64,000 nt of DNA. It comes from an uncultured Erysipelotrichaceae bacterium. GTDB lineage: Bacteria > Bacillota_I > Bacilli_A > RFN20 > CAG-826. Below the pieces are notes generated by a model, which was given only the letters and a program-made list of their open reading frames with translations, made no database searches and was not told the DNA's origin. Both the position numbers and the translations under genes were made by a program. Numbering within the stretch: the first letter of the stretch is position 1; each line of letters starts with the position of its first letter. This document shows, in pieces, positions 50,236 to 59,610 of this stretch. Where the stretch lies: positions 81,920 to 145,919 of the forward strand of contig ONAT01000001.1 of assembly GCA_900315885.1 (NCBI GenBank), in the 5' to 3' direction.

Positions 50236-53150
50236 AAAAAATCTTTAGTTATATTATAACTTATTTTAGTGTAACAGCCTGTGTAGCAACTGGTGTCACA
50301 CAAGTTGATAGACTTAGCAATCAAAACCATGGAGGACCAACTTCAATTTCATCTTCGGTTAATAAACCACATGTTGAAATAACTCCAATGCAAAAATTCC
50401 TTGAAAAGGCTATGACAAGTCAAGGCATTGAATTAGAAGCAAAAGTAGAAGTTAGTAAAAACAATGAAAATATGTTAAATGCAAATGTTGATGGATGTGT
50501 GGATTTATCAACTTTAGCAAATACTGGTGAAATTAAACTGGCAATGGATCTTTCTATTGACTCTGATTTAGTGGATACAAGTTTCTCAATTGGTTATTTT
50601 GCACCTTATGCATATATCTATAACGATGCAATACACGCTAAACTTGAGACTAGCGATACAATTGAGGGCGTAAAAGATTTACTTAAAATATTTGCCCCAT
50701 CTTTAGACTTAAATGGCTTTAAAGATATGACAAGTGGAATATCTACAAACGAATTAGTTAATGAATTGACAAACTTAGAACTTGATAATATGCCGGATGG
50801 CACACTTAAAGGTGTACTAAGTATTGGTGATTTAGTGGATGTTGCTTTGTATTTAGATAAAGATTCTAATTTAGTGCGCGCACAAATTGAAGAATTATGT
50901 GTTAAAGATTTTGTGGTATCAATTGATGCAAAAACCAATTTCTTACAAGAGTGTTCTTTATCTTCACCAGAAGAGAAAATCGCCTTTGATGATTACACAA
51001 GTCTTACAAGTATTGTGCGTAATACCTATGACTTTGTAAATCAAAAACAATATGCTTTATTATTAAATGCTTCTTTACAAAAAGAAGAAGATGTAATTGC
51101 GTTAAACGCTGATACAATCTTTGATTTAGCTAAGAACGAATACTACGCTAAAGCAAAAGTGGATTATCTAGATAAATCTCTCGACCTAGAAGCTAATTAT
51201 AGTGACGATAACAGTTTATTATTCTCTATTGGTGACAAGATTAAAGGTCAACTTAGTAAGGAAAATATTACACGTATTAAAGATATAATAAGTAAATATT
51301 TACCTAATGATGGAGACTTTACAAAAATTATCAATGATGCATTAGAAAAAGTATTCACTAATGAAGAAATCAATAAATTAAAGAGCATAACAATTAATGA
51401 TGCGCTTAAATTATTCTCTAGTGTTATAAAAAATGACGATGTTATCGAAATTAAATTAAATGCGAATGACTATATTGAAGGTAATGGCGAAATTATCTTA
51501 GATATTGATGTTATAGATGAGCAAATTAAAAATGTAAAACTAAAGAATGTATTCTTAAAAGGTTACAAAATTAATTTAGGTTTAGAAGTAAAAGAGTTTG
51601 AATCTGTGCCTAATCTTAATGTTGACGAGTATCCAAGTTATGAGCCATTAATCGATATTTACGATGAAGTGATGTTGTTAAGTGAAGAAACGCATTTTGG
51701 CTTTAATGTTAATATGCATTTTGAAAACAAAGGAAAACAATACGATATTAATGGTTTAGTACAATTTGCTTTAGATAAAGAGAATAAAGAAAATAACAAA
51801 GCCTATGTTGAATTATTGATTAACGATAGTGTTAAAGAACATACCTTAATCATGGATTTAAATAACGCAAATATGTATTTCTGTTATGACACAGATTTAA
51901 AAGGCAGAATGCAAATAAATACCTTGAAAAATATGGTTCAACAAATTAAAACTCTTTTAGAGGATGATGACCCTTTATTAAGTGGAATAACAAGTTTAAT
52001 CCCTTCAGAAGAAGACCTTGCGGTTTTAATGCAAATACTTAACAAAGATTATTCTTCAATTTCCTTAGATTTGTTAAAAGTATTTAATGTAACAAGTGAA
52101 AACTTATGTGTTACTTTTGATAAATCATTATTTGGCACAATGGAAGATGTTTCATTAAGTGTTTCTTATAACAACAAAAAATTAACAGACCTTGCTATTA
52201 CAAATGTTAATTTAAATGGTCTTAAAATGAATCTAAGTGCAACAATGGGAACTTATGATGAAAATAAACACTTGGATTTAACACAAAATTATTTAGATTT
52301 AGATGCTTTGGATATCTTATTAAAATTAGGTATCACTACAATGCATCAAGAATATTATCACTTAAGTGGTTCGGCAGATGTTGACTTTGTTTTAGTTGGT
52401 TCTGATATGAAAATAGGCATTGATGTTTATATTCATAATAATAACGGCGAGCCAGAAGTTCGTGTAGATTTAAAGAACATTCCTATTATTAATTTCTTAG
52501 GATACGGTAATGCTTTACCAGCTTCTTTAGTCGCTAACGAGCATAGTGGTTATAAAGGCGGTTTAACTAGCACATCTAGTGATAATCGTAATGCTTCATT
52601 ATACTTCAATAATGGATTAGTTTACGTAAATAGAAGCGAAGATGCTACTTTCAAAAAGATCTTTAAATCAGATGTTAATGAAAAATACGAAGTAAGAAAA
52701 AAGATGTCAACAGAAGATTTCTTAAACGATGTATTTAATGTAATGTTTGATGCAGTTTTAGGATTTAATTCTAAAACAATGGATATTATTAATGACCAAT
52801 TAACAATGCAACCTGTTGAACAAATGCAATTTAATAAGTTGATTAATGATATGAGTTATGATGCCGCGAACCAAGAATTCTTATATAACCTTAATATGAG
52901 TGCAATTACCGGTAATGATGCAATAAAATCAACTGTCTTAAAAATTAATCACGCTGTAAGTGATGGCGAAGACCATTTAAGCGCTGCAAATATTGCAATG
53001 AAGATTGGTTTATCAGTATTTACCATTAAAATTAATGTAAATTTAAATATAGTTGATTATGGTCAAGAATTTAATATTGAGACTTTGATTTATGATTATA
53101 TCAATAATCACAAAGATGATGAAGAAAGCTATGTTTCACATACTAAGTAA
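50232..53150 (+). CDS. Large (972 aa) predicted lipoprotein with three internal ~210-aa repeats, unknown family
   Basis: Signal peptide with a lipobox (YFSVTA-C). Three modules each contain Y.Y.D...K..M....T....V....K.L and end in a ..V.L.G.K.NL.. type strand. Confidence 0.8.
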   Translation: MKKIFSYIITYFSVTACVATGVTQVDRLSNQNHGGPTSISSSVNKPHVEITPMQKFLEKAMTSQGIELEAKVEVSKNNENMLNANVDGCVDLSTLANTGEIKLAMDLSIDSDLVDTSFSIGYFAPYAYIYNDAIHAKLETSDTIEGVKDLLKIFAPSLDLNGFKDMTSGISTNELVNELTNLELDNMPDGTLKGVLSIGDLVDVALYLDKDSNLVRAQIEELCVKDFVVSIDAKTNFLQECSLSSPEEKIAFDDYTSLTSIVRNTYDFVNQKQYALLLNASLQKEEDVIALNADTIFDLAKNEYYAKAKVDYLDKSLDLEANYSDDNSLLFSIGDKIKGQLSKENITRIKDIISKYLPNDGDFTKIINDALEKVFTNEEINKLKSITINDALKLFSSVIKNDDVIEIKLNANDYIEGNGEIILDIDVIDEQIKNVKLKNVFLKGYKINLGLEVKEFESVPNLNVDEYPSYEPLIDIYDEVMLLSEETHFGFNVNMHFENKGKQYDINGLVQFALDKENKENNKAYVELLINDSVKEHTLIMDLNNANMYFCYDTDLKGRMQINTLKNMVQQIKTLLEDDDPLLSGITSLIPSEEDLAVLMQILNKDYSSISLDLLKVFNVTSENLCVTFDKSLFGTMEDVSLSVSYNNKKLTDLAITNVNLNGLKMNLSATMGTYDENKHLDLTQNYLDLDALDILLKLGITTMHQEYYHLSGSADVDFVLVGSDMKIGIDVYIHNNNGEPEVRVDLKNIPIINFLGYGNALPASLVANEHSGYKGGLTSTSSDNRNASLYFNNGLVYVNRSEDATFKKIFKSDVNEKYEVRKKMSTEDFLNDVFNVMFDAVLGFNSKTMDIINDQLTMQPVEQMQFNKLINDMSYDAANQEFLYNLNMSAITGNDAIKSTVLKINHAVSDGEDHLSAANIAMKIGLSVFTIKINVNLNIVDYGQEFNIETLIYDYINNHKDDEESYVSHTK

Positions 53151-53180
53151 TTTTTAAAGTTGAATAAAAAAAATACGAGC

Positions 53181-53210
53181 GATAGTTATTATTTTAAATA
53201 ACTATCTTTA
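53181..53210 (+). terminator. Putative terminator hairpin
   Basis: 10-bp AT-rich stem GATAGTTATT / AATAACTATC followed by TTTATC, a weak T-run. Confidence 0.45.
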
Positions 53211-53271
53211 TCGTTATATATGGTATATTTTAATTAAGTTAGCATTATAAATGCTAAGGGAGGCACATGAT

Positions 53272-54381
53272 TTGAAAAAGTACGATTATGTTATAGTTGG
53301 TGCTGGTTTGTATGGTGCGACAGTAGCTTACGAAATGACTAAACGCGGATACAAATGTTTAGTTTTAGAAAAAAGAAATCATATAGGTGGAAATATCTAT
53401 ACAGAAAAAATTGAAGGTATTAATGTTCATAAGTATGGAGCACACATTTTTCATACTTCTGATAAAGATATTTGGAATTATATTAATCAATTCGCAGAAT
53501 TTAATAACTATGTAAATTCTCCAATTGCAATATATAAAGATGAATTATATAATTTGCCGTTTAATATGAATACATTCTCAAAATTATTTAGTATTAAAAC
53601 TCCAGAAGAGGCAAAAAGAATTATTGAAAAAGAAAAACAAGAATCCTATGTTGAAAATCCAAGTAATCTAGAAGAACAAGCTAGGAATCTAATTGGTAAC
53701 ACAATTTATGAAAAACTCATTAAAGGTTATACTGAAAAGCAATGGGGGAAAAAGTGTTCGGAATTACCAGCATTTATTATCAAAAGATTACCAGTACGTT
53801 TTACTTTTGATAACAATTACTTCAATGATCGTTATCAAGGTATTCCAATGGGCGGATATACTCCTATCATTGAAAAGATGTTAGAGGGTTCGGATGTTTT
53901 ATTAAACGAAGACTTTTTGTTAAATAAAGAAAAGTATATGTCAATGGGTACAAAGATTATCTATACGGGACCAATTGACGCATTTTATGATTATTGTTTT
54001 GGACCATTAGAGTATCGAAGTGTAAGATTTGAAACTGAAGTTTTAGATATGGAAAATTATCAAGGTAACGCAGTTGTAAATTACACAGATTACGATGTTC
54101 CATATACAAGAATTATTGAACATAAACATTTTGAATTTTTGAACACTCCTAAAACGGTTATATCAAGAGAGTATTCTTCAAAATGGAAATTAGGCGATGA
54201 ACCATATTATCCAGTTAATGACGCTAAAAATGGTGAATTGCTTAGTAAATATCAAGAATTAGCAAAACAAGAGCCAAATGTTCATTTTGGTGGCAGACTA
54301 GGACAATATAAATATTTCGATATGCATATAGTCATTAAGGAGGCATTAGATTTTGTTAAATCGGAGGACTTAAATAGATGA
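53272..54381 (+). CDS. glf: UDP-galactopyranose mutase
   Basis: YDYVIVGAGLYG FAD-binding motif, YGAHIFHT and YTRIIEHKHF. The start is set at TTG 53272, 8 nt after GGGAGG. The track ATG at 53251 has no RBS and lies inside a hairpin. Confidence 0.92.
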   Translation: MKKYDYVIVGAGLYGATVAYEMTKRGYKCLVLEKRNHIGGNIYTEKIEGINVHKYGAHIFHTSDKDIWNYINQFAEFNNYVNSPIAIYKDELYNLPFNMNTFSKLFSIKTPEEAKRIIEKEKQESYVENPSNLEEQARNLIGNTIYEKLIKGYTEKQWGKKCSELPAFIIKRLPVRFTFDNNYFNDRYQGIPMGGYTPIIEKMLEGSDVLLNEDFLLNKEKYMSMGTKIIYTGPIDAFYDYCFGPLEYRSVRFETEVLDMENYQGNAVVNYTDYDVPYTRIIEHKHFEFLNTPKTVISREYSSKWKLGDEPYYPVNDAKNGELLSKYQELAKQEPNVHFGGRLGQYKYFDMHIVIKEALDFVKSEDLNR

Positions 54382-55547
54382 AAATAGTATTAGCTATGGA
54401 TTCTTTTTATCCAAGTATTGAAGGACCAGTCGTTGTCTTAAATAACTTTGCCACAATTATGTCTAAGACAGAAGATGTGCAAGTATTTGTTCCTTCATAT
54501 GGTAAAAAGACTGACGAAGCCGAAGAAAAGAAACGCAACTTTCCATATAAAATTCATCATGTAAAATCAAAATATGAAAAGGTGTCCAAATATTATTGTG
54601 CAACACCAAGTTATGATAAGTTTTTAAGAGGATATATGAAAAATGAAAGTATTGACATCGTTCATATACATTCACCTTTTCTTATGTCTTCATATTTAGT
54701 CAAAAAGGCTAAAAAAAGAAATATTCCCACAGTTATGACATTTCATACAAAATTCCGCGATGAATTTTTACGAATCACAAAAAACAAAGCAATCACAAGT
54801 TTTTTAATGGCAGTGATTATGAAAAACTTTAACCGCGCAGATTATGTATTTACTGTCTCAGAAGGCGCTAAACAATGTTTGATTGATTACGGATATAAAA
54901 AGCAAATCAAAGTAATTAGAAATGGTACAGATTTAGTGTGTCCTACAAATATCGAAGAAAGATGCGAAGAAATAAACAAAAAGCATTCGCTTAAAGGTCA
55001 AGAAAATGTCTTTCTTTTTGTCGGAAGAATGGTTATGACTAAGAATTTGAAATTAGTGTTCGATGCATTAAAAATTGTTAAAGAAAAAGAATATGATTTT
55101 AAGTTTTTAGTAGTAGGAGATGGACCGGATTTAAATAAATTTAAATCAATGGCGGAACAAAATGCTCTTTTAGATCGTGTAATTTTTGTCGGAGCAATTT
55201 CTGACCGCGACTACTTGAGATCTTATTACGTGAGAAGTGATTTGTTCTTATTTCCTTCAGTCTTTGATACGGCAAGTTTAGTGCCAATTGAAGCCGCAAC
55301 ATTCTCTTTGCCAACATTACTTGTTAAAGATTCTCCAACTTCGGAAATTGTTAAAGACAATGTTAATGGATACGCAGAAATTGAAGATAAAGAGGCTTGG
55401 GCACAAAAAATTATTGAAATTATCAATAATAAAGAGCATCATAAAGAAGTTCGTGAAAATTGTCATAAAGAAGTTTATCGAACATGGGATGATGTCGTAA
55501 AAGAAATGCTTGCTGAATATAAATGTATTATAGATAAAAGAAAGTAG
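54378..55547 (+). CDS. GT4-family (GT-B) glycosyltransferase, resembling diacylglycerol glycosyltransferases
   Basis: The N-terminus MKIVLAMDSFYPSIEGPV and the E-x7-E region FPSVFDTASLVPIEAATFSLP. It overlaps the glf stop (ATGA). Confidence 0.88.
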   Translation: MKIVLAMDSFYPSIEGPVVVLNNFATIMSKTEDVQVFVPSYGKKTDEAEEKKRNFPYKIHHVKSKYEKVSKYYCATPSYDKFLRGYMKNESIDIVHIHSPFLMSSYLVKKAKKRNIPTVMTFHTKFRDEFLRITKNKAITSFLMAVIMKNFNRADYVFTVSEGAKQCLIDYGYKKQIKVIRNGTDLVCPTNIEERCEEINKKHSLKGQENVFLFVGRMVMTKNLKLVFDALKIVKEKEYDFKFLVVGDGPDLNKFKSMAEQNALLDRVIFVGAISDRDYLRSYYVRSDLFLFPSVFDTASLVPIEAATFSLPTLLVKDSPTSEIVKDNVNGYAEIEDKEAWAQKIIEIINNKEHHKEVRENCHKEVYRTWDDVVKEMLAEYKCIIDKRK

Positions 55548-55568
55548 TTTCTCACAAAGGAGATTATT

Positions 55569-56852
55569 ATGAAATCAAAAGAAAGAACAAAAAAAGAATT
55601 GAAGATGGAGCAGGATGCTAATAAAAAAATTCAAGAGGAAGAAATTAAAAAAACTCAAGAAATAATTATTAGTGAAGATGTTCTGAATACTGCAATTGCG
55701 GAAACAGAAATTGAAGAAAAATCAAAAAAGAATAACAAAAAGAACTTATTTGGTTTATTATTTGTCTTATTAAACATTATATTTGTTGTCATTCTTGGCT
55801 TTACTTCATTTAACAATGGTGAAGAAACCGCTTCGTCAATTGGTGAAATGTTTAAAATTTGGACAACTGGTACAAATATCATTTATTGGCTTACTGCTTT
55901 AGGACTTGGCCTTTTAACTCTTGTAGCGGAAGCTTTGAAGTTCTTCATTATGATTAAGAAGACAACAAATCGTAGTTTGCCAGGTTTATCACTTAAGACG
56001 GCGATAATGGGAAAATATTACGATAATATTACTCCTTTAGGAAGTGGCGGACAACCATTCCAAATCTTCTACCTTGCTAAAGGTGGAGTACCTGGGGCAG
56101 AGTCAATGTATCTACCAGTTGCCTCATTCTTCTTAAATCAATTAGCGTTCTTGATTTTATGTATTGTAGCATTTATATTTGGTGGAAGTTTATTAGCGGG
56201 AAATCCAGTATTATTAACAATGGCTATCATTGGTGCTGTGTTCTCAATCTTCTTACCAACAATGATATTTGTTATTTCTTTCATGCCAAAATTACGTGCT
56301 AAAATTATAAGATTATGTGTTCGTGTTTCTTTTAAGTTTAAATTTATTAAAAATAAAGGTGCGGCGACAAGAAAAGCAAATAAACTCATTAACGATTACA
56401 AAAGAAGTTTAATCTTACTTGCTAAAAGTAAAGGTACACTAATATTAGTAATCTTATTATCACTTATTTATCAACTAGCCTTATGCTCTATTCCTTATTT
56501 TGTAATTAGAGCGTGTGGAATTGCTCCAGGACAATATACATATATGGGTTCAACAATTGAATTCAATTGGATTATCTCATTGTTCCAATGTATATTCGTC
56601 TATGCTGCAATTTCATTTATTCCTACACCTGGTAACTCTGGGGCTGCAGAATTATCATTTGCTTCATTATTTACTATATTTGGTGCTTTCAATATGTCAA
56701 AATATTGGCCAATGGCGTACTGGAGATTTTGTTGTTACTTCTTAATTGTTTTAATCGGTGTCATCTTTGTTGTTGTAGGTATGATTAAATCAAGTAAGAA
56801 AAGAAAACAAGAATTAATGGAACAAAAAGAAAAATTAATGAACAAAGAATAG
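55569..56852 (+). CDS. UPF0104 / LPG-synthase-TM-type (flippase-like) membrane protein
   Basis: Multi-TM protein with ITPLGSGGQPFQIFYL and PTPGNSGAAE motifs, characteristic of the MprF flippase-like domain family. Confidence 0.8.
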   Translation: MKSKERTKKELKMEQDANKKIQEEEIKKTQEIIISEDVLNTAIAETEIEEKSKKNNKKNLFGLLFVLLNIIFVVILGFTSFNNGEETASSIGEMFKIWTTGTNIIYWLTALGLGLLTLVAEALKFFIMIKKTTNRSLPGLSLKTAIMGKYYDNITPLGSGGQPFQIFYLAKGGVPGAESMYLPVASFFLNQLAFLILCIVAFIFGGSLLAGNPVLLTMAIIGAVFSIFLPTMIFVISFMPKLRAKIIRLCVRVSFKFKFIKNKGAATRKANKLINDYKRSLILLAKSKGTLILVILLSLIYQLALCSIPYFVIRACGIAPGQYTYMGSTIEFNWIISLFQCIFVYAAISFIPTPGNSGAAELSFASLFTIFGAFNMSKYWPMAYWRFCCYFLIVLIGVIFVVVGMIKSSKKRKQELMEQKEKLMNKE

Positions 56853-56853
56853 C

Positions 56854-56894
56854 AAAAAAGGATGTAAGTCATTTGGAAACTTACATCCTTTTAT
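56854..56894. terminator. Bidirectional rho-independent terminator
   Basis: 12-bp stem AAGGATGTAAGT / ACTTACATCCTT flanked by A6 and a T-run, between convergent genes. Confidence 0.7.
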
Positions 56895-56900
56895 TGTTTG

Positions 56901-58286
56901 TTATACAAGAGCAAATATTTTTGTACAAAGAATAAAGTAAATAATTAAGGAAGTTGCATCAACAAGAGTGGTAACAATTGGTCCAGACATAAGCGCTGGG
57001 TCAAGGCCAATCTTTTGCGCTAACATCGGTAGAGAAGCGCCTAAACACTTAGCAATGATGATGGTAAAAAACAAGGTCATAGCTACAAGTCCTGCGACTT
57101 GCCAGTTTGGAATTGAACCAGTGTTATTAACTAAATTGACTGATAATTCAAAATATATCCAAGCAAAGTTACAAACGGCAATGACTAATCCTGTTACAAT
57201 AGCAACACGGAATTCTTTCCATATAACTTTACCATAATCTTTTACAGTTACTTCGTTTGTGGCTAATCCACGAGTAATAAGAGAAGTGGTTTGACCACCA
57301 GAATTGCCACCAGTATCCATAAACATCGGAATGAACGCAGATAATACCGCCGCAGATTTTAATGCATCTTGGAAGCCGGATATAATCATACTTGTGAACG
57401 TTGCGGAAATCATTAATATTAATAGCCAAGTGATACGTTTTCTTGCAAGGGTAAAGACACTTGTTTTTAAGTATTCATCTTCTAGAGGTTGCATACCAGC
57501 TTGGATAGCCATATCTTCACTAGTTTCTTTTTCGATAACATCGATAACATCGTCAACAGTAATAATACCAATTAATCTTTTCTCGTTATTTAAAACAGGA
57601 AGAACAGTGATGTCATATCTTTTGAATGTTTGCGCAACAGCTTCTTGGTCATCGTAGACATTCGCAGTTTTAAAATCTTCATTCATGATATCTTTAATTG
57701 GTACATTAGTGTCCGATAAAACAAGTTTATCAAGATATAAAACACCAACCAAATTACGCTTTTTATCGATTACGAAGGTTGAAGAAATTGTTTCGGCGTC
57801 TTGGCCACGTTTCTTAATTTCTTTAAGAGCTTCTTCAACATTTAAATCATCAGATATCTCAACATATTCTGTTGTCATGATTGAGCCAGCGGTGTCTTCT
57901 TTGTAATTTAATAATTTGTTGATTGTGGCACGATCGTCTTTATCAGATGCTTTTAATACACGTGTGACAAGATTTGCAGGCATATCTTCCAAAAAGTCGA
58001 CAATATCATCAGTATAGGAGTTATTGATAAGTTCATTTAATTGTTTATCAGTAAATAATTTGATGAGGTTTTGTTGTTGCTCATCATCTAAGTAAGTAAA
58101 CAATTCAGCGGTGTATTCACTTTTGACAGTTTTGAATATAAAGAGAAGTTGTGAAGTATCTTCTAAATCATCACAAACATCCGCAATATCAATGATGTCA
58201 ACTGATTCGAATATTTCTCGAAGCTTGGAAACGTTTTTACTTTCAATTATTTCTCTTAGTTCATCTAATGATATTTTGTTTTCCAT
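56901..58286 (-). CDS. mgtE: Magnesium transporter MgtE
   Basis: MgtE N-domain, a CBS pair and a C-terminal 5-TM domain (FIPMFMDTGGNSGGQ). RBS GGGAGG. Confidence 0.95.
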   Translation of the reverse strand: MENKISLDELREIIESKNVSKLREIFESVDIIDIADVCDDLEDTSQLLFIFKTVKSEYTAELFTYLDDEQQQNLIKLFTDKQLNELINNSYTDDIVDFLEDMPANLVTRVLKASDKDDRATINKLLNYKEDTAGSIMTTEYVEISDDLNVEEALKEIKKRGQDAETISSTFVIDKKRNLVGVLYLDKLVLSDTNVPIKDIMNEDFKTANVYDDQEAVAQTFKRYDITVLPVLNNEKRLIGIITVDDVIDVIEKETSEDMAIQAGMQPLEDEYLKTSVFTLARKRITWLLILMISATFTSMIISGFQDALKSAAVLSAFIPMFMDTGGNSGGQTTSLITRGLATNEVTVKDYGKVIWKEFRVAIVTGLVIAVCNFAWIYFELSVNLVNNTGSIPNWQVAGLVAMTLFFTIIIAKCLGASLPMLAQKIGLDPALMSGPIVTTLVDATSLIIYFILCTKIFALV

Positions 58287-58457
58287 ACTATCAAACCTCC
58301 CACGTCCTTAATCATAGCATTATAAAACCATTTTGCAAACGTTTTATTTCATAAAATCTATTAATATTATTTTACTTGTCTAATTGACTTTTATGTATAT
58401 TTAGATATAATCAAATTGCAAAAAAATATTGTAAATATTTTAAGGAGAAAAAGAATT

Positions 58458-59027
58458 ATGAAAAATATTTTAGTAGAAACCTCAGCTAGACATGTTCATG
58501 TAACTAAAGAAACACTAGAAGTTTTATTTGGTAAAGGATATGAATTAACTGTTAAGAAAATGCTTTCTCAACCAGGGCAATTTGCTTCTAATGAAAAAGT
58601 AAAAGTTGTTGGTACAAAAGGAGAATTAAATGCTTCAATTTTAGGGCCAGTTCGTAACGCTGACCAAGTTGAATTATCATTAACTGACGCTCGTTCAATC
58701 GGTGTTGTTGCACCTGTAAGAGAGTCTGGAGATATTAAGGGTTCTGGTGCTTGTAAACTAGTTGGACCATGTGGTGAAGTTGAAATTAAAGAAGGCGTTA
58801 TTGCTGCAAAAAGGCACATCCATATGACTGAAGAAGATGCTAAAGAATTTGGTGTAAAAGATAAAGATGTCGTAAGTGTTAAAGTAACATCTCAAGAACG
58901 TTCACTCGTATTTGGTGATGTTGTAGTTCGTGTATCAAGCAAATTTGCGCTTGCTATGCATATCGACACTGATGAAAGCAACGCTGCTGGATTATCAGGC
59001 CAAGTATTTGGTGAAATCGTAAAGTAG
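58458..59027 (+). CDS. pduL: Phosphate propanoyltransferase/phosphotransacylase PduL
   Basis: Duplicated PduL signature (SARHVHV ... AKRHIHM). The start is set at ATG 58458 after TAAGGAG. Confidence 0.85.
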   Translation: MKNILVETSARHVHVTKETLEVLFGKGYELTVKKMLSQPGQFASNEKVKVVGTKGELNASILGPVRNADQVELSLTDARSIGVVAPVRESGDIKGSGACKLVGPCGEVEIKEGVIAAKRHIHMTEEDAKEFGVKDKDVVSVKVTSQERSLVFGDVVVRVSSKFALAMHIDTDESNAAGLSGQVFGEIVK

Positions 59028-59036
59028 GTTTTTTAA

Positions 59037-59291
59037 ATGAATTGCTATACATATAAACCAAGTGGCGTATGTTCTCGCGAAATGAAGATTTATTATGAAG
59101 ATGATGTCATAAAAGGTCTTGAAGTCGTGGGAGGTTGTAACGGCAATTTAAAAGGTGTTGCAGCTTTAATTGAAGGTATGAAAATCGAAGACGCCCAAAA
59201 GAGATTAGAGGGAATTAAGTGTGGCTTAAAAGGCACATCTTGTCCTGACCAAATATCCAAAGCATTAAAAGAAATTTTAAATAGCAAATAA
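59037..59291 (+). CDS. TSCPD-domain small protein (TIGR03905-like)
   Basis: 84 aa with GVCSREM....GGCNGNLKG......G......L.GIKCG.KGTSCPDQ. Confidence 0.7.
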   Translation: MNCYTYKPSGVCSREMKIYYEDDVIKGLEVVGGCNGNLKGVAALIEGMKIEDAQKRLEGIKCGLKGTSCPDQISKALKEILNSK

Positions 59292-59337
59292 GTATAAGTT
59301 TTCATTTTTACAACATAATTATTAATAGGTGATAATT

Positions 59338-59610
59338 ATGAGAATGAAAGCAAAACACAAGAAAGAACAACTTCAAATCGCTAATGCGTTATTTGAATTA
59401 GGAATGGATTTTGAAGTTATTGAAAACATATGTGGAGTTGACGCCACAGACTTGTTGCTAAACAAGGCTGGCTTACTTGATTGTGATGAAGAAAATGTTG
59501 ACTCTAAGCGTAATTTGGACAATAATATAGAAGTAAAAGAAAATAGCTTGTCTTATCAAGAATCACGTAGCAAGGGAACGAACAAACGTGATAGCAACCC
59601 TGACAAATAG
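59338..59610 (+). CDS. Hypothetical small protein (doubtful 3' part)
   Basis: ATG follows AGGTGA, and the N-terminal ~45 aa look protein-like (LQIANALFELGMDFEVIENICGVDATDLL). The last ~35 codons overlap the metK promoter and the 5' half of the SAM riboswitch. Confidence 0.3.
   Translation: MRMKAKHKKEQLQIANALFELGMDFEVIENICGVDATDLLLNKAGLLDCDEENVDSKRNLDNNIEVKENSLSYQESRSKGTNKRDSNPDK
59498..59526 (+). promoter_or_regulatory. Sigma-A promoter of the SAM riboswitch-metK transcript
   Basis: TTGACT (59498-59503), a 17-nt spacer, then AATAAT (59521-59526). Confidence 0.5.

Noticed and set aside
53239-53257. The hairpin TTAGCAT-TATAA-ATGCTAA just before the glf RBS, considered as a regulatory element, together with ATG 53251 considered as the glf start.
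   Set aside because: The stem is short (7 bp) and AT-rich, with no recognisable riboswitch features. ATG 53251 has no SD, whereas TTG 53272 lies 8 nt after GGGAGG and gives the canonical Glf N-terminus (MKKYDYVIVGAG).
58287-58457. A possible M-box (Mg2+) riboswitch upstream of mgtE.
   Set aside because: The 170-nt divergent spacer is extremely AT-rich. It lacks the GC-rich conserved M-box core helices, and the mgtE RBS (GGGAGG) follows directly.
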